From Candidatus Atelocyanobacterium thalassa isolate ALOHA (lineage in GTDB: Bacteria; Cyanobacteriota; Cyanobacteriia; Cyanobacteriales; Microcystaceae), in NCBI RefSeq assembly GCF_000025125.1, contig NC_013771.1, forward strand, positions 390,001 through 422,000: a stretch of DNA of 32,000 nucleotides, written 5' to 3'. Below the pieces are notes generated by a model. It did not search any database and had not been told where the DNA came from. It saw only the letters and a program-made list of their open reading frames with translations. The number at the start of each line of letters is the position of its first letter. Positions within the stretch are counted from its first letter, which is position 1. Made by a program: the position numbers and the translations under genes. Positions 1 to 10,000 of the stretch are shown here, piece by piece.

Positions 1-777
1 ACAAGTGACGCGATAGAATTAAACTTTGTTGATTTAGGCTGGTCTTTCGGTATAATGGCTGTTGCTATAGCTTTATCAAATTGGCAAAAATTAGGATTGG
101 AAAAACAATTACTGCTTGCTACAGGAAGATCTTTTCTTCAGTTACTAGCTTTAGGATATTTAGTTTCTACTATTTTTGATTTAAATCATCCTATACCTAT
201 AGTAATTATTCTTGGAGTAATGCTGTTAATTGCTACAAAAGCTACTCAAGAACGTATTGATCATAATGGAAAAAGCTTTTTTTTTATGATTTTAGGTTCT
301 TTGCTGGTCAGTAGCTTGTTTACTCTAAGTTATGTTTTTTCTTTAATTGTTCATCTTAAAGTCTGGTATTCTCCTCGATATCTTATTCCTTTTACTGGAA
401 TGATCCTTGGAAATGCTATGAATAGTGCAGCTTTATCTGGTCAACATCTTATTAGGAGTATTAGACAAAATCATCGTGAAATAGAAACATATTTATGTCT
501 CGGAGCCAGTCCTAGACAAGCAATCATCAATTATAAATATGAATCCATACGTATCAGTTTGATTCCTATTTTAAACCAGATGATGGTAGTAGGGGTTGTA
601 AGCTTACCTGGGATGTTTACTGGACAAATCTTAGGAGGTTCTGATCCTTTTAATGCCTCTTCTTATCAGATCTTAATTCTTTTTATGATTGTTTTAACGA
701 ATATATTAACTTCTATCTTAGTGACAGAAGGAATCTACAGGAAGTGTTTTAATAAAAACGCACAACTGATAGTTTAA
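1..777 (+). CDS. fetB: FetB/YbbM-family (UPF0014) ABC-type iron-export permease, 5' end probably outside the window
   Basis: Frame 1 is open from base 1 (TSDAIELNFVDLGWSFGI precedes the first ATG at 55). It aligns by eye along its whole length with E. coli FetB: GLEKQLL/ALEKDIL, GMILGNAMN/GMIAGNAMV, LGASPRQA/LGATPKQA, VSLPGMFTGQILGG/VSLPGMMSGLIFAG, and the C-terminal YRKCFNKNAQLIV/YRKFYNSRHQLVV. Multi-pass hydrophobic profile. Confidence 0.8.
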   Translation, partial: TSDAIELNFVDLGWSFGIMAVAIALSNWQKLGLEKQLLLATGRSFLQLLALGYLVSTIFDLNHPIPIVIILGVMLLIATKATQERIDHNGKSFFFMILGSLLVSSLFTLSYVFSLIVHLKVWYSPRYLIPFTGMILGNAMNSAALSGQHLIRSIRQNHREIETYLCLGASPRQAIINYKYESIRISLIPILNQMMVVGVVSLPGMFTGQILGGSDPFNASSYQILILFMIVLTNILTSILVTEGIYRKCFNKNAQLIV

Positions 778-810
778 ATTTTTATATAAAAATTCTTAAA
801 GAACTTAATT

Positions 811-1998
811 ATGCACAATATTATTATTTTAATTGTTTGTCTTTCTATAATTGCATGGATATATTTATTATTATTTAGAGGCAAATTTTGGCTAAATAAT
901 GAAAAAATTTCTCGAAGTTTCGATTGTCTTGATGACTATCCTTCTGTTTGTGCCATAGTACCTGCTCGAAATGAGGCTGCAGTTATTGCTACTAGCTTAA
1001 AGTCTCTTTTGAAACAAAATTATCCGGGGAATTTTTCTATTATTTTAGTTGATGATCAAAGTACTGATAACACAAAGGATATCGCTAAACAAAGTATAGA
1101 AAGTTATGATAATTCTCATGATTTGGAGATTATTTCTGGAATACCTCTTGCAAATAAATGGTCAGGAAAATTATGGGCAATGAAACAAGGAATTGATAAA
1201 GCTAACCACCTAAAAAACAAACCAGATTATTTTCTTTTTACTGATGCAGATATTAAACATCACACAAATAATTTAAAAGAACTTGTTACTAAAGCAAAAA
1301 AAGAGAATTTAGCTTTAGTTTCTTTAATGGTGAAGCTAGAATGTAAGAGTCTATGGGAAAAACTATTAATTCCTGCATTTATATTTTTCTTCAAAAAACT
1401 TTATCCCTTTTCTTGGGTTAATAACTATTATAAAAAAACCGCAGCAGCAGCTGGAGGCTGTATACTAATTAGTCGTTTTATTTTAGAAGAAATTGGTGGT
1501 CTTGAAGTGCTCAAAGAAACTTTAATTGATGATTGTTCTTTAGCGACTTTTGTTAAGAAAAAATTGAAAGATAATAAACAATATGCCGATCAAGGAATTT
1601 GGTTAGGACTAAGCGAGAAAACGGTTAGTCTACGTTCGTATGATAGGTTAGAACCTATATGGAACATGGTGGCAAGAACTGCTTATACTCAATTAAAGCA
1701 TTCTCCGCTTATGTTAATAGGAACTTTAATAGGTCTGGTTTTCATATATTTAATAGGACCCATTAGTTTTATATACGGAACAGTAGTTTATGACAAAACA
1801 CTAATAGCTCTTGGAGCAATTAACTGGTTTTTAATGACTCTTGCTTATTTTCCAACTGTTCTATTATATAAATGCTCACCTTTATGGGCTTTGAGCTTAC
1901 CATTTACGACTTCTTTATATGCCGCAATGACTTTTGATTCGGCTCTAAAGTATTGGAAAGGAAAAGGTGGAAAATGGAAGGGTAGAACTTATAGCTAA
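811..1998 (+). CDS. Membrane-anchored family 2 glycosyltransferase (HpnB-like subtype, tentative)
   Basis: 395-aa ORF with an N-terminal TM helix. The GT-A core has VPARNEA, ILVDDQSTDNT, WSGKLWAMKQG and FTDADIKH (DXD-type) motifs, followed by several C-terminal TM helices. The architecture resembles hopene-associated HpnB-type GT2 enzymes, but the subtype was not verified. Confidence 0.7.
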   Translation: MHNIIILIVCLSIIAWIYLLLFRGKFWLNNEKISRSFDCLDDYPSVCAIVPARNEAAVIATSLKSLLKQNYPGNFSIILVDDQSTDNTKDIAKQSIESYDNSHDLEIISGIPLANKWSGKLWAMKQGIDKANHLKNKPDYFLFTDADIKHHTNNLKELVTKAKKENLALVSLMVKLECKSLWEKLLIPAFIFFFKKLYPFSWVNNYYKKTAAAAGGCILISRFILEEIGGLEVLKETLIDDCSLATFVKKKLKDNKQYADQGIWLGLSEKTVSLRSYDRLEPIWNMVARTAYTQLKHSPLMLIGTLIGLVFIYLIGPISFIYGTVVYDKTLIALGAINWFLMTLAYFPTVLLYKCSPLWALSLPFTTSLYAAMTFDSALKYWKGKGGKWKGRTYS

Positions 1999-2069
1999 AA
2001 ATTAATAATCGTCCTTTAAGGATATATGTCTAAAGTTAATACTAATAGACTTAAATAAGATAAAAAATA

Positions 2070-2142
2070 CACGCCCTGGAGGACTTGAACCCCCGACATC
2101 AGGTTTTGGAGACCTGCGTTCTACCAACTGAACTAAGAGCGC
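2070..2142 (-). tRNA. trnW: tRNA-Trp (anticodon CCA)
   Basis: Cloverleaf folded by hand on the minus strand. Acceptor GCGCUCU/AGGGCGU, with G1-U72 and U5-G68 wobbles (G1-U72 is as I recall it in plastid/cyanobacterial tRNA-Trp). D arm GUUC-AGUUGGUA-GAAC. Anticodon arm CAGGU-CUCCAAA-ACCUG. Variable loop AUGUC. T arm GGGGG-UUCAAGU-CCUCC. Discriminator G. The 3' CCA is not encoded. Confidence 0.9.
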
Positions 2143-2220
2143 ACGGTTTGTGCCATAGTTAAAAATCTTCTATACTCTTTTATTATAGCGTAGTTTAGCT
2201 ATGTGCACTATTTTTAAAGA

Positions 2221-2583
2221 TTAAATAGGACGGTCAAAACGTTGACGAATTCTAGTAGCTTTTCCTACACGATCACGCAGATAGTAAAGCTTAGCCCGAC
2301 GAACTCTTCCTCGGCTAACAATTTTAATATTTGCAATACGTGGGGAATGAAGTAGGAAAACTCTCTCTACTCCAACTCCTTGAAAGGTTTTACGAACAGT
2401 GATAGTTTCATTAATACCACCATTTCGCATTGCTATAACTACCCCTTCATAAGGCTGAACTCGTTCTTTTCCCCCTTCTGAGATACGCACACTCACACGA
2501 ATAGAATCACCAACGTTAATCTCAGGAAGATCACTCTTTAAGTATTTGGATTCTATATTTTTAATAATTTCTTGGGCATTCAT
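2221..2583 (-). CDS. rplS: 50S ribosomal protein L19
   Basis: 120 aa with typical L19 sequence ([11 protein letters not shown]...[12 protein letters not shown]...[11 protein letters not shown]...TFTVRK-like [19 protein letters not shown]...I.V). ATG start. Confidence 0.93.
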   Translation of the reverse strand: MNAQEIIKNIESKYLKSDLPEINVGDSIRVSVRISEGGKERVQPYEGVVIAMRNGGINETITVRKTFQGVGVERVFLLHSPRIANIKIVSRGRVRRAKLYYLRDRVGKATRIRQRFDRPI

Positions 2584-2643
2584 AGTTTTAATAAAAACTT
2601 ACAAAATACTATGGTAATTTATTTCTTCTTTAAAATCAATATA

Positions 2644-3261
2644 TTAAAATTCAATTCCTGCTTGGGCTTTAATTTTTTGCTCTTTAAAAGGATGTTTTAT
2701 TAAATTCATTTCTGTTACCATATCAGCAATTTCAATTATTTCAGGGAGTGCATTTCTTCCAGTTAGAATAACATGAGTGTTTTTAGGCTTGTTCTTAAGA
2801 GCTTTGATAACAACTGATGATTCTAAGTAACCTAACTTTAGAGCAATATTTATTTCATCAAGAAGTATTAATTGGTAGTCTGAATTATTTATATAGGATA
2901 AGCTTTTTTCCCATGCTTCTTTGGCTTTAAAAATATCTCTTTCTCTATCTTGAGTTTCCCATGTAAATCCTTCTCCCATAGCATAGAACTCAATTTGTTT
3001 TCCAAAACTTTTAAATATACTCTTTTCTGCGGGTTCCCAGGCCCCTTTGACAAATTGAATAATAGCTACTTGGAATCCATGCCCTAAAGAACGTAATACC
3101 ATACCTAAAGCAGCAGTAGTTTTGCCTTTACCATGGCCTGTATTAATGATAATTAATCCTTTCTTCTTTGAGGCTTCAACGAGACGTTGTTCCTGAATTT
3201 TTTTACGTTGTTCCATTTTTTGTTGATACTGTTCCGTAGAAAGTTTTTTTTCACTTATCAT
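2644..3261 (-). CDS. cobO: Cob(I)yrinic acid a,c-diamide adenosyltransferase (CobO/BtuR family)
   Basis: 205 aa. P-loop NTGHGKGKTTAALG, then IIQFVKG and LLDEINIAL motifs typical of the CobA/CobO/BtuR family. Same strand as rplS and tRNA-Trp downstream. Confidence 0.85.
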   Translation of the reverse strand: MISEKKLSTEQYQQKMEQRKKIQEQRLVEASKKKGLIIINTGHGKGKTTAALGMVLRSLGHGFQVAIIQFVKGAWEPAEKSIFKSFGKQIEFYAMGEGFTWETQDRERDIFKAKEAWEKSLSYINNSDYQLILLDEINIALKLGYLESSVVIKALKNKPKNTHVILTGRNALPEIIEIADMVTEMNLIKHPFKEQKIKAQAGIEF

Positions 3262-3834
3262 GTAAACAATCCTCTAAAAAATTAGGTTTATTTATCACAG
3301 CCTAACCTATAAACGTGATACTTTATCATCTAAGTTCCAATTCTATTAATGAGTTATTTTAAAAAAGCATGATTTATCATAAAAGTTTGGTTTCTTTTTC
3401 CAAAACAAAAACTTTGTTAAAGAAGTTTTTTATAGTGGGATCATTGATTTTATGATTTTTTTATAAATATGAAGATTTACACATTATTTAATAAAACTTT
3501 TTTATTTCGTATTAAGATGCTATTGCTAAAATCAAATAAATATATTGTCTCCAATAATTAACTTTATCAGGGAGAAATAAATTTATGATTTTAAAAAATA
3601 TTGCATAGTTATATTGAGTTAATCTTACTGAGTTCTTTATAAAAATTATTCTTAAAAAGATAAAATCTTTATACTTCTGTATGTTAGATTTCATTATTTC
3701 TTAATAATCAGCAAAAAAGTTGGATGGTTTTTCTCGGTACATAGTAATAAAATATCGAAGGTTAACTAAAAAATTCAACTAGTTATTTTAGATACAATCA
3801 TTGATAGTTAATTAGTTATAAATATACAAAAAAT

Positions 3835-5721
3835 ATGTGTGGAATTATTGGATATATTGGTACACAAACAGCATCAGAAATTTTAATCGGTGGATTAGAA
3901 AGACTAGAGTATCGAGGTTATGATTCAGCAGGGATTGCAACAGTTTTTGAAGGCAACATGTTTTGTACTAAAGCTAAAGGTAAATTGTACAACCTGCGAG
4001 AAAAGATAGAGAGAGAAAGTAACTTTTCTAAAGTTGGTATTGGCCATACTCGTTGGGCTACACATGGAAAACCAGAAGAATATAATGCCCATCCTCATAT
4101 TAATAATAAAAAGCAAATAGCTGTGGTACAGAATGGTATTATCGAAAATCATCAAGAATTACGAGAACAGTTAATAGATGATGGTTATACATTTACGTCA
4201 GAAACTGATACTGAAGTAATACCTCATTTGATAGCTAAGCATATGTCTAAAGACACGGGTTATAATGGCTTGTTAGAAGCAGTTAAAAAAGCCATTAGTT
4301 GTCTAAATGGATCTTTTGCAATTGCCGTTATTTGCGCAGATTTTCCTGATGAAATTATAGTAGCGAGAAATCAAGCTCCTTTGATTATTGGTTTTGGGCA
4401 AGGAGAGTTTGTATGTGCATCTGATGTAACAGCAGTTGTTCCTCATACTAATACGGTATTATCTCTGGAGAATGGTGAAATTGCTCGTCTTACACCTCTT
4501 GGTGTCGAAGTTTATAATTTTGAACTACAGCGTCTCAAGAAGTTACCTCGTACTCTTGACTGGAATCTTGGGACAGTAGAAAAACAAGGTTTTCGACATT
4601 TCATGCTTAAAGAAATTTATGAACAACCTTCTGTTGTAAGAAGTTGTTTAGAAAATTATTTAGATTCTAGCTGGAGCATAGATAGTATTGAAGCAAGAAG
4701 CCCTATTACATTAGGTGCTGCTGCTGAATTATGTAGTGACGTTGACTATATACAGATTGTAGCTTGTGGTACTAGCTGGAATGCAAGTTTAGTTGGAAAA
4801 CATTTATTAGAGCAATTAGCAGGAATTCCGACGATGGTGCAGTATGCATCAGAGTTCCGTTACTTTCCATCTCCTATGCTAGCAAATACCTTAACTATTG
4901 GAGTAACACAATCAGGTGAGACAGCTGATACTCTAGCTGCGTTAGAGATGGAGAAACAACGTAGAATGGGATTAGAATTTCCCTATAATGCAAAAATCTT
5001 AGGTATTACTAATCGTCCTGAAAGTACTTTAACCCACATGGTTGACTGTATAATCAATACCCATGCTGGTGTTGAAATTGGAGTGGCAGCAACTAAAAGC
5101 TTTGTAGCTCAGCTAATGGGTTTTTATTTCTTAGCATTAGAATTAGCCTATCGTCGTAAAACATTAAGTTTAGAAAAAATTGAAATACTTATTAAGGGCT
5201 TAAGAAAATTACCTAATCAAATCGAAATAATTTTAGAAAAACAAGGAGAACAAATTCAGGAATTATCTCACAATTTTTGTGATACCCAAGATTTTATCTT
5301 TCTGGGTCGAGGAATAAATTTCCCGATTGCTTTAGAAGGAGCTTTAAAATTAAAAGAAATTAGTTACATACATGCTGAAGGCTACCCAGCAGGAGAAATG
5401 AAGCATGGGCCTATAGCTTTATTAGATGCTAAAGTTCCTGTCGTAGCAATTACGATGCCTGGAGTCGCACATGAAAAAGTTTTATCCAACGCTCAAGAAG
5501 CAAGGGCAAGAGATGCACATCTAATAGGTGTTACATCCATTGATAATGCAGAGTCTAGAACTATATTTAATGATTTATTATTTGTACCTGAAATAGATGA
5601 AATATTATCGCCTATCATATCAGTAATTCCTTTACAATTATTGGCATATCATATCGCAGCCAAACGCGGTTTAGATGTCGATCAACCTCGAAATTTGGCT
5701 AAATCTGTAACTGTTGAGTGA
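3835..5721 (+). CDS. glmS: Glutamine--fructose-6-phosphate aminotransferase (isomerizing)
   Basis: 628 aa. N-terminal nucleophile MCGIIGY, HTRWATHG, two SIS domains (ACGTSWNA, GVTQSGETADT), and the canonical C-terminus DQPRNLAKSVTVE. Confidence 0.97.
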   Translation: MCGIIGYIGTQTASEILIGGLERLEYRGYDSAGIATVFEGNMFCTKAKGKLYNLREKIERESNFSKVGIGHTRWATHGKPEEYNAHPHINNKKQIAVVQNGIIENHQELREQLIDDGYTFTSETDTEVIPHLIAKHMSKDTGYNGLLEAVKKAISCLNGSFAIAVICADFPDEIIVARNQAPLIIGFGQGEFVCASDVTAVVPHTNTVLSLENGEIARLTPLGVEVYNFELQRLKKLPRTLDWNLGTVEKQGFRHFMLKEIYEQPSVVRSCLENYLDSSWSIDSIEARSPITLGAAAELCSDVDYIQIVACGTSWNASLVGKHLLEQLAGIPTMVQYASEFRYFPSPMLANTLTIGVTQSGETADTLAALEMEKQRRMGLEFPYNAKILGITNRPESTLTHMVDCIINTHAGVEIGVAATKSFVAQLMGFYFLALELAYRRKTLSLEKIEILIKGLRKLPNQIEIILEKQGEQIQELSHNFCDTQDFIFLGRGINFPIALEGALKLKEISYIHAEGYPAGEMKHGPIALLDAKVPVVAITMPGVAHEKVLSNAQEARARDAHLIGVTSIDNAESRTIFNDLLFVPEIDEILSPIISVIPLQLLAYHIAAKRGLDVDQPRNLAKSVTVE

Positions 5722-5877
5722 TATCAATAGCTATTAATATTATATATATTTCATAGCTATGCTTTTAGTCTTTTACAAAAAGTAAAAACTAAGAAAATTA
5801 CTCGATATTATCATCATAATTACCTTAGATAGAAAATATATAACTATGTTTTAAAACTATTAGTTTATTGAAACTAA

Positions 5878-5923
5878 TAGAGTACCGATAAAATTAAAAT
5901 TAGAGTACCGATAAAATTAAAAT
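5878..5923. repeat. Perfect tandem duplication of a 23-bp unit (tagagtaccgataaaattaaaat x2)
   Basis: Read directly: 5878-5900 and 5901-5923 are identical. It lies in the glmS-rnc spacer, immediately after a 10-bp perfect hairpin (5857-5866 / 5871-5880, loop attg). Confidence 0.9.
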
Positions 5924-5984
5924 AGTTAATCTTTTAATTAAAATCTGCTCAGGTAGTATTACATTACATAAATATTGATAAACA

Positions 5985-6716
5985 ATGAGTTTTTTAGATA
6001 TTAGACGTGAAAAGCAGTTAAAAAATTGCATACAAAAACTAGGATTATCTAGTGTTGAAAATGTTGATTGGGAAATACTTAATTTAGCATTAACTCATCC
6101 TACATTCTCCCAAAAAGATAATTATCAACAACTAGAATTTGTAGGAGATTCAGTTATAAGATTAGTAGCTGCAGAAATATTATTAGAAAATTATCCTAAT
6201 GAGCTTGTGGGAGAATTCGCTGCCATAAGATCCATACTAGTTAGCGATAATACTTTAGCAGAATTTGCTGAAGTATATGGATTAGAACGTTATCTTCTGA
6301 TGGCAGAAAGTGTTGCTAAAGATAAAATTGGCAGGGTATCTTGGCTAGCAGACACTTTTGAAGCATTGTTAGGAGCACTGTATCTTAATAGGCAGAATAT
6401 GAGTTTAATACGTCCTTGGTTAGATCCCTTGCTTATTACAAAGGCAGCTGAGATAAGAGCTGATCCTGCACGTCAAAACTATAAAGATGCGTTACAAGAA
6501 TGGAGTCAAAGTCAATATAAATTACTACCAAAATATCAAGTTGTTCAGCATCAAGGAAGTGAAAATCATCATCAAAGATTTTTTGCAGAAGTTTGGGTAA
6601 AAAATAATAATTTAGGTTCTGGTTATGGCTGTTCGAAAAAAGTGGCAGAGCAAGCTGCTGCTAAGAATGCCTTTTTTTCCTATATTCATAAAGGGAATTA
6701 TAAATATAAACATTGA
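5985..6716 (+). CDS. rnc: Ribonuclease III
   Basis: 243 aa. RNase III signature region NYQQLEFVGDSVI, catalytic-domain motif DTFEALLGALYL, and a C-terminal dsRBD (KDALQEWSQ...FFAEVWV...GSGYGCSKKVAEQAAAKNA). Confidence 0.9.
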   Translation: MSFLDIRREKQLKNCIQKLGLSSVENVDWEILNLALTHPTFSQKDNYQQLEFVGDSVIRLVAAEILLENYPNELVGEFAAIRSILVSDNTLAEFAEVYGLERYLLMAESVAKDKIGRVSWLADTFEALLGALYLNRQNMSLIRPWLDPLLITKAAEIRADPARQNYKDALQEWSQSQYKLLPKYQVVQHQGSENHHQRFFAEVWVKNNNLGSGYGCSKKVAEQAAAKNAFFSYIHKGNYKYKH

Positions 6717-7035
6717 TTAGCATAGAACGAGATTTACATTAATAAAAGTAAAGAAGTTATTTCTTCCAATTGATATTTTTCCAGAATAAAATAATATTAA
6801 ATAGTTACTTTGATTTGAATTGGTCAAGGTATCTAATTGCAACTAAATGAAATCTTAGTAAGAGTACACTATTAAATCTTGCTTAAAAAGAAATATATTT
6901 ATGAAGTGAATCCTTGAACTAATTTTAAAGTTAGTTTAATAACATCATAATTAAATCAAATAATTTATCTTTAATTTTCTAAAATATCTACATGGATTAG
7001 TTTGACACATTAATACAATAAAAATAAATAGTAAT

Positions 7036-10000
7036 ATGAATTTCAGGAGTAAATCTAATACAACCTATATGGGACCACCTTCTACTGTTGAGAGTAGGGA
7101 TTCTTGTGGAGTGGGATTCATTGCAGATATCAAAAAGCAGGGTTCCCATCAGCTAATTCAAAAAGCTTTGATCGCACTGGAAAGGATGGAACATCGGGGT
7201 GGCTGTAATGCAGATAATGATTCAGGCGATGGCGCAGGTATTATGGTTGAGATTCCCTATATTTTATTAAAAACTTGGTTTGTTGAAAATAAAGTTACTA
7301 TGCCTCCCAGAGAAAAATTAGGGGTAGGTATGGTTTTCCTGCCTCAAGATCCTTACCAGCAGAGAATTAAGCGTTTACATGTTAATACCGTAATTAAAGC
7401 TTCTGGTTTAATTATATTGGGTTGGCGCAAAGTTCCTGTCAATCCTACTGTTCTGGGTATCCAGGCAAGAGAAAACCAACCTCATATTGAACAAATAATG
7501 GTTACATCTTCAGATGAAATATCAGGGGATGAACTGGAAAAAAAACTATATATTGCACGTTCATATTTGGGCAAATTACTAGAAGATGATTTTTATATTT
7601 GTTCCTTTAGTTGCCGTACTATCGTATATAAGGGAATGGTACGTAGTTCAGTTCTTGGAAAGTTTTATAAAGATTTAAAAGATCTAAGATTTATTAGTCA
7701 ATTTGTTTTATTTCATAGACGCTTCAGTACCAACACTATGCCTAAATGGCCTCTGGCACAACCAATGCGTTTGTTAGGACATAATGGTGAAATTAATACT
7801 TTAACTGGTAATATTAATTCAATATCTGCTAGAGAGAAAATTCTTAAAATACAAAATTGGACATCTCAAGAATTAAGTGCTTTAGATCCTATTGTTAACA
7901 TTGCAAATAGTGATTCCTATAATTTGGATAGTATTCTTGAATTATTGATAAGAAGTGGTCATGATTTACTTAAATCAATGATGATATTAGTGCCAGAAGC
8001 TTATCAAAATCAACCTGATTTAAAAAATTATCCACAAATTATAGATTTTTATGAGTACTATAGTGGGTTACAAGAACCCTGGGATGGTCCAGCACTGCTG
8101 GTTTTTAGTGATGGAAAAGCTGTAGGAACTTGTTTAGATCGTAATGGATTGCGTCCAGCAAGATACTCGATTACTGATAATTATATTATTGTTAGTTCAG
8201 AAACTGGTGTAGTGGATTTGCCCGAAGAAAGTTTTATAGAAAAAGGGAAACTAGGTCCTGGGCAAAGTATTGCGGTAGATTTAAAAACGAAAAAAATATC
8301 AAAAAATTGGGAAATAAAACAACGTGTAGCTGAAAAAGAACCTTACAGAGAATGGTTGAAAAAACATCGCAAAGAAATTACACCTCAAAGTTTTTCTGAT
8401 ACTTTATTGATAGAAAATTCAGAACAATTATTAATTCAGCAAACAGCTTTTGGTTACACAGCAGAAGATGTTGATATGGTTGTTATCCCTATGGCAATTC
8501 AAGGTAAAGAACCTGTCTTTTGCATGGGAGACGATATTCCTTTATCAATATTGTCTGAAAAACATCATCTGCTCTATGATTATTTTAAACAAAGGTTCGC
8601 TCAAGTAACTAATCCCCCTATAGACTCTTTACGAGAAAGTTTGGTTATGTCTCTAGAGACGTTATTAGGCGAAAAAGGAAATCTTCTAGAACCTAGAGAT
8701 ATAGATGCTAAGCTTTTAAAGTTAAAAACTCCTATTTTAAATGAAATAGAATTAAATCAAATTAAGCATTCGGATTTTAATATAAGCGAATTATCTACAC
8801 TATTTAATATTACGTTGGGAACAAATGGACTTAATGTCGCTTTAGATAACTTGTGCAAAAAAGCAGCTCAAGTAGTGAAGGAAGGAGCTACGATTATAAT
8901 ATTAAGTGATCGTTTTTTTAATACTCCTAGCATAAGTGAAACTACGAGCTATATTCCACCTTTGCTAGCAGTAGGAAGTGTTCATCATTATTTAATTAAA
9001 CAAGGATTACGTTCAAAAACGTCTTTAATTGTTGATACAGGACAATGCTGGAGTACGCATCATTACGCATGTTTGTTTGGCTATGGAGCTTCAGCAGTAT
9101 GTCCTTACCTTACTTTAGAAACTATAAGACAGTGGTGGCAAGCTCCTAAAACTCAGAAACTAATCAATAAGAGTAAAATAAATGCAATTGAGATTCAAGA
9201 AGCATTAAGAAATTATCGTCATGCAGTAGAGATAGGGTTGTTAAAAATTCTTTCAAAAATGGGAGTTTCTTTATTATCTTCTTATCATGGAGCCCAAATT
9301 TTTGAGGCTATAGGTCTAGACTTAGATGTTATTAATAAAGCTTTTAGAGGAACTACTAGTCGTATCGGTGGATTAAATTTAGTAGAGCTGGGCCAAGAAA
9401 CAATTGGAATTCATAGTCAAGCTTTTCCTGAACTAACAGAAAAAAAACTTAAAAATTTTGGTTTTATCAATTATCGTCCAGGAGGAGAGTATCATATGAA
9501 TTCTCAAAAGATGGCTAAAATTCTCCATAAAGCTGTTGGTAATCATAAACTAAAAAATAATGAACAAAATCAAGAAACTTATAACTACTACGAAATATAT
9601 CAAAAGTATCTTAAAGAACGTCCTGTAACAGTTTTAAGAGATTTACTTGAGTTTGCTAGTGATCGTTCTTCTATCTCAATTACTGAGGTTGAATCTGTAG
9701 AAGATATAGTAAAAAGATTTTGCACAGGAGGTATGTCTTTGGGTGCATTATCGAGAGAAGCTCATGAAACTCTTGCAATTGCCATGAATCGCTTAGGAAG
9801 TAAGTCAAATTCAGGAGAGGGAGGGGAAGATCCTGTTCGGTTTAAAATTTTGTCAGATGTAGATGAGAATGGACATTCTCCAACATTTCCACACTTAAAA
9901 GGTTTATTTAATGGTGATACTGCAAGTTCAGCAATCAAACAAATCTCGTCGGGAAGATTTGGAGTAACACCAGAATATTTAATGAATGCTCAGCAGCTAG

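Noticed and set aside
277-285. Long homopolymer runs inside essential genes as possible frameshift or pseudogene sites (T9 at 277-285 in fetB, A8 on the coding strand at 3244-3251 in cobO, A8 at 7538-7545 and 9440-9447 in glsF)
   Set aside because: All reading frames continue uninterrupted through these runs and the flanking protein sequence stays homologous. They are a compositional by-product of AT richness, not disruptions.
2182-2187. TATAAT box (minus strand) about 40 nt upstream of tRNA-Trp as a dedicated promoter
   Set aside because: There is no acceptable -35 element at the right spacing (tagtgc), and TATAAT occurs frequently by chance in this DNA. The tRNA may simply be co-transcribed with rplS.
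3512-3694. 60-aa minus-strand ORF in the cobO-glmS spacer
   Set aside because: Low-complexity, Ile/Phe/Lys/Asn-rich translation typical of random ORFs in AT-rich DNA. No recognisable motif and no Shine-Dalgarno sequence. It sits in a divergent promoter region, so I treat it as non-coding.
3262-3834. Possible glmS ribozyme or riboswitch in the long glmS leader
   Set aside because: To my knowledge the glmS ribozyme is a Gram-positive feature. The spacer is uniformly AT-rich with no G+C-rich pseudoknot-capable core, and I found only weak 5-6 bp inverted repeats.
3925-4155. Antisense ORFs inside well-supported genes (3925-4155 in glmS, 10158-10550 in glsF, 18293-18490 in lpxC, 20641-20826 in bamA, 28533-28751 in the methyltransferase)
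   Set aside because: Each lies entirely within a gene on the opposite strand that has strong family-level support. Their translations have no recognisable motifs and look like shadow ORFs.
5878-5923. Tandem repeat as a CRISPR array or minisatellite
   Set aside because: There are only two directly abutting copies with no spacers and no cas genes, so this is a simple duplication.
6717-7035. NtcA operator (GTA-N8-TAC) upstream of the glutamate synthase gene
   Set aside because: I checked every GTA in the spacer (6748, 6829, 6858, 6864, 7031). None is followed by TAC after 8 nt.
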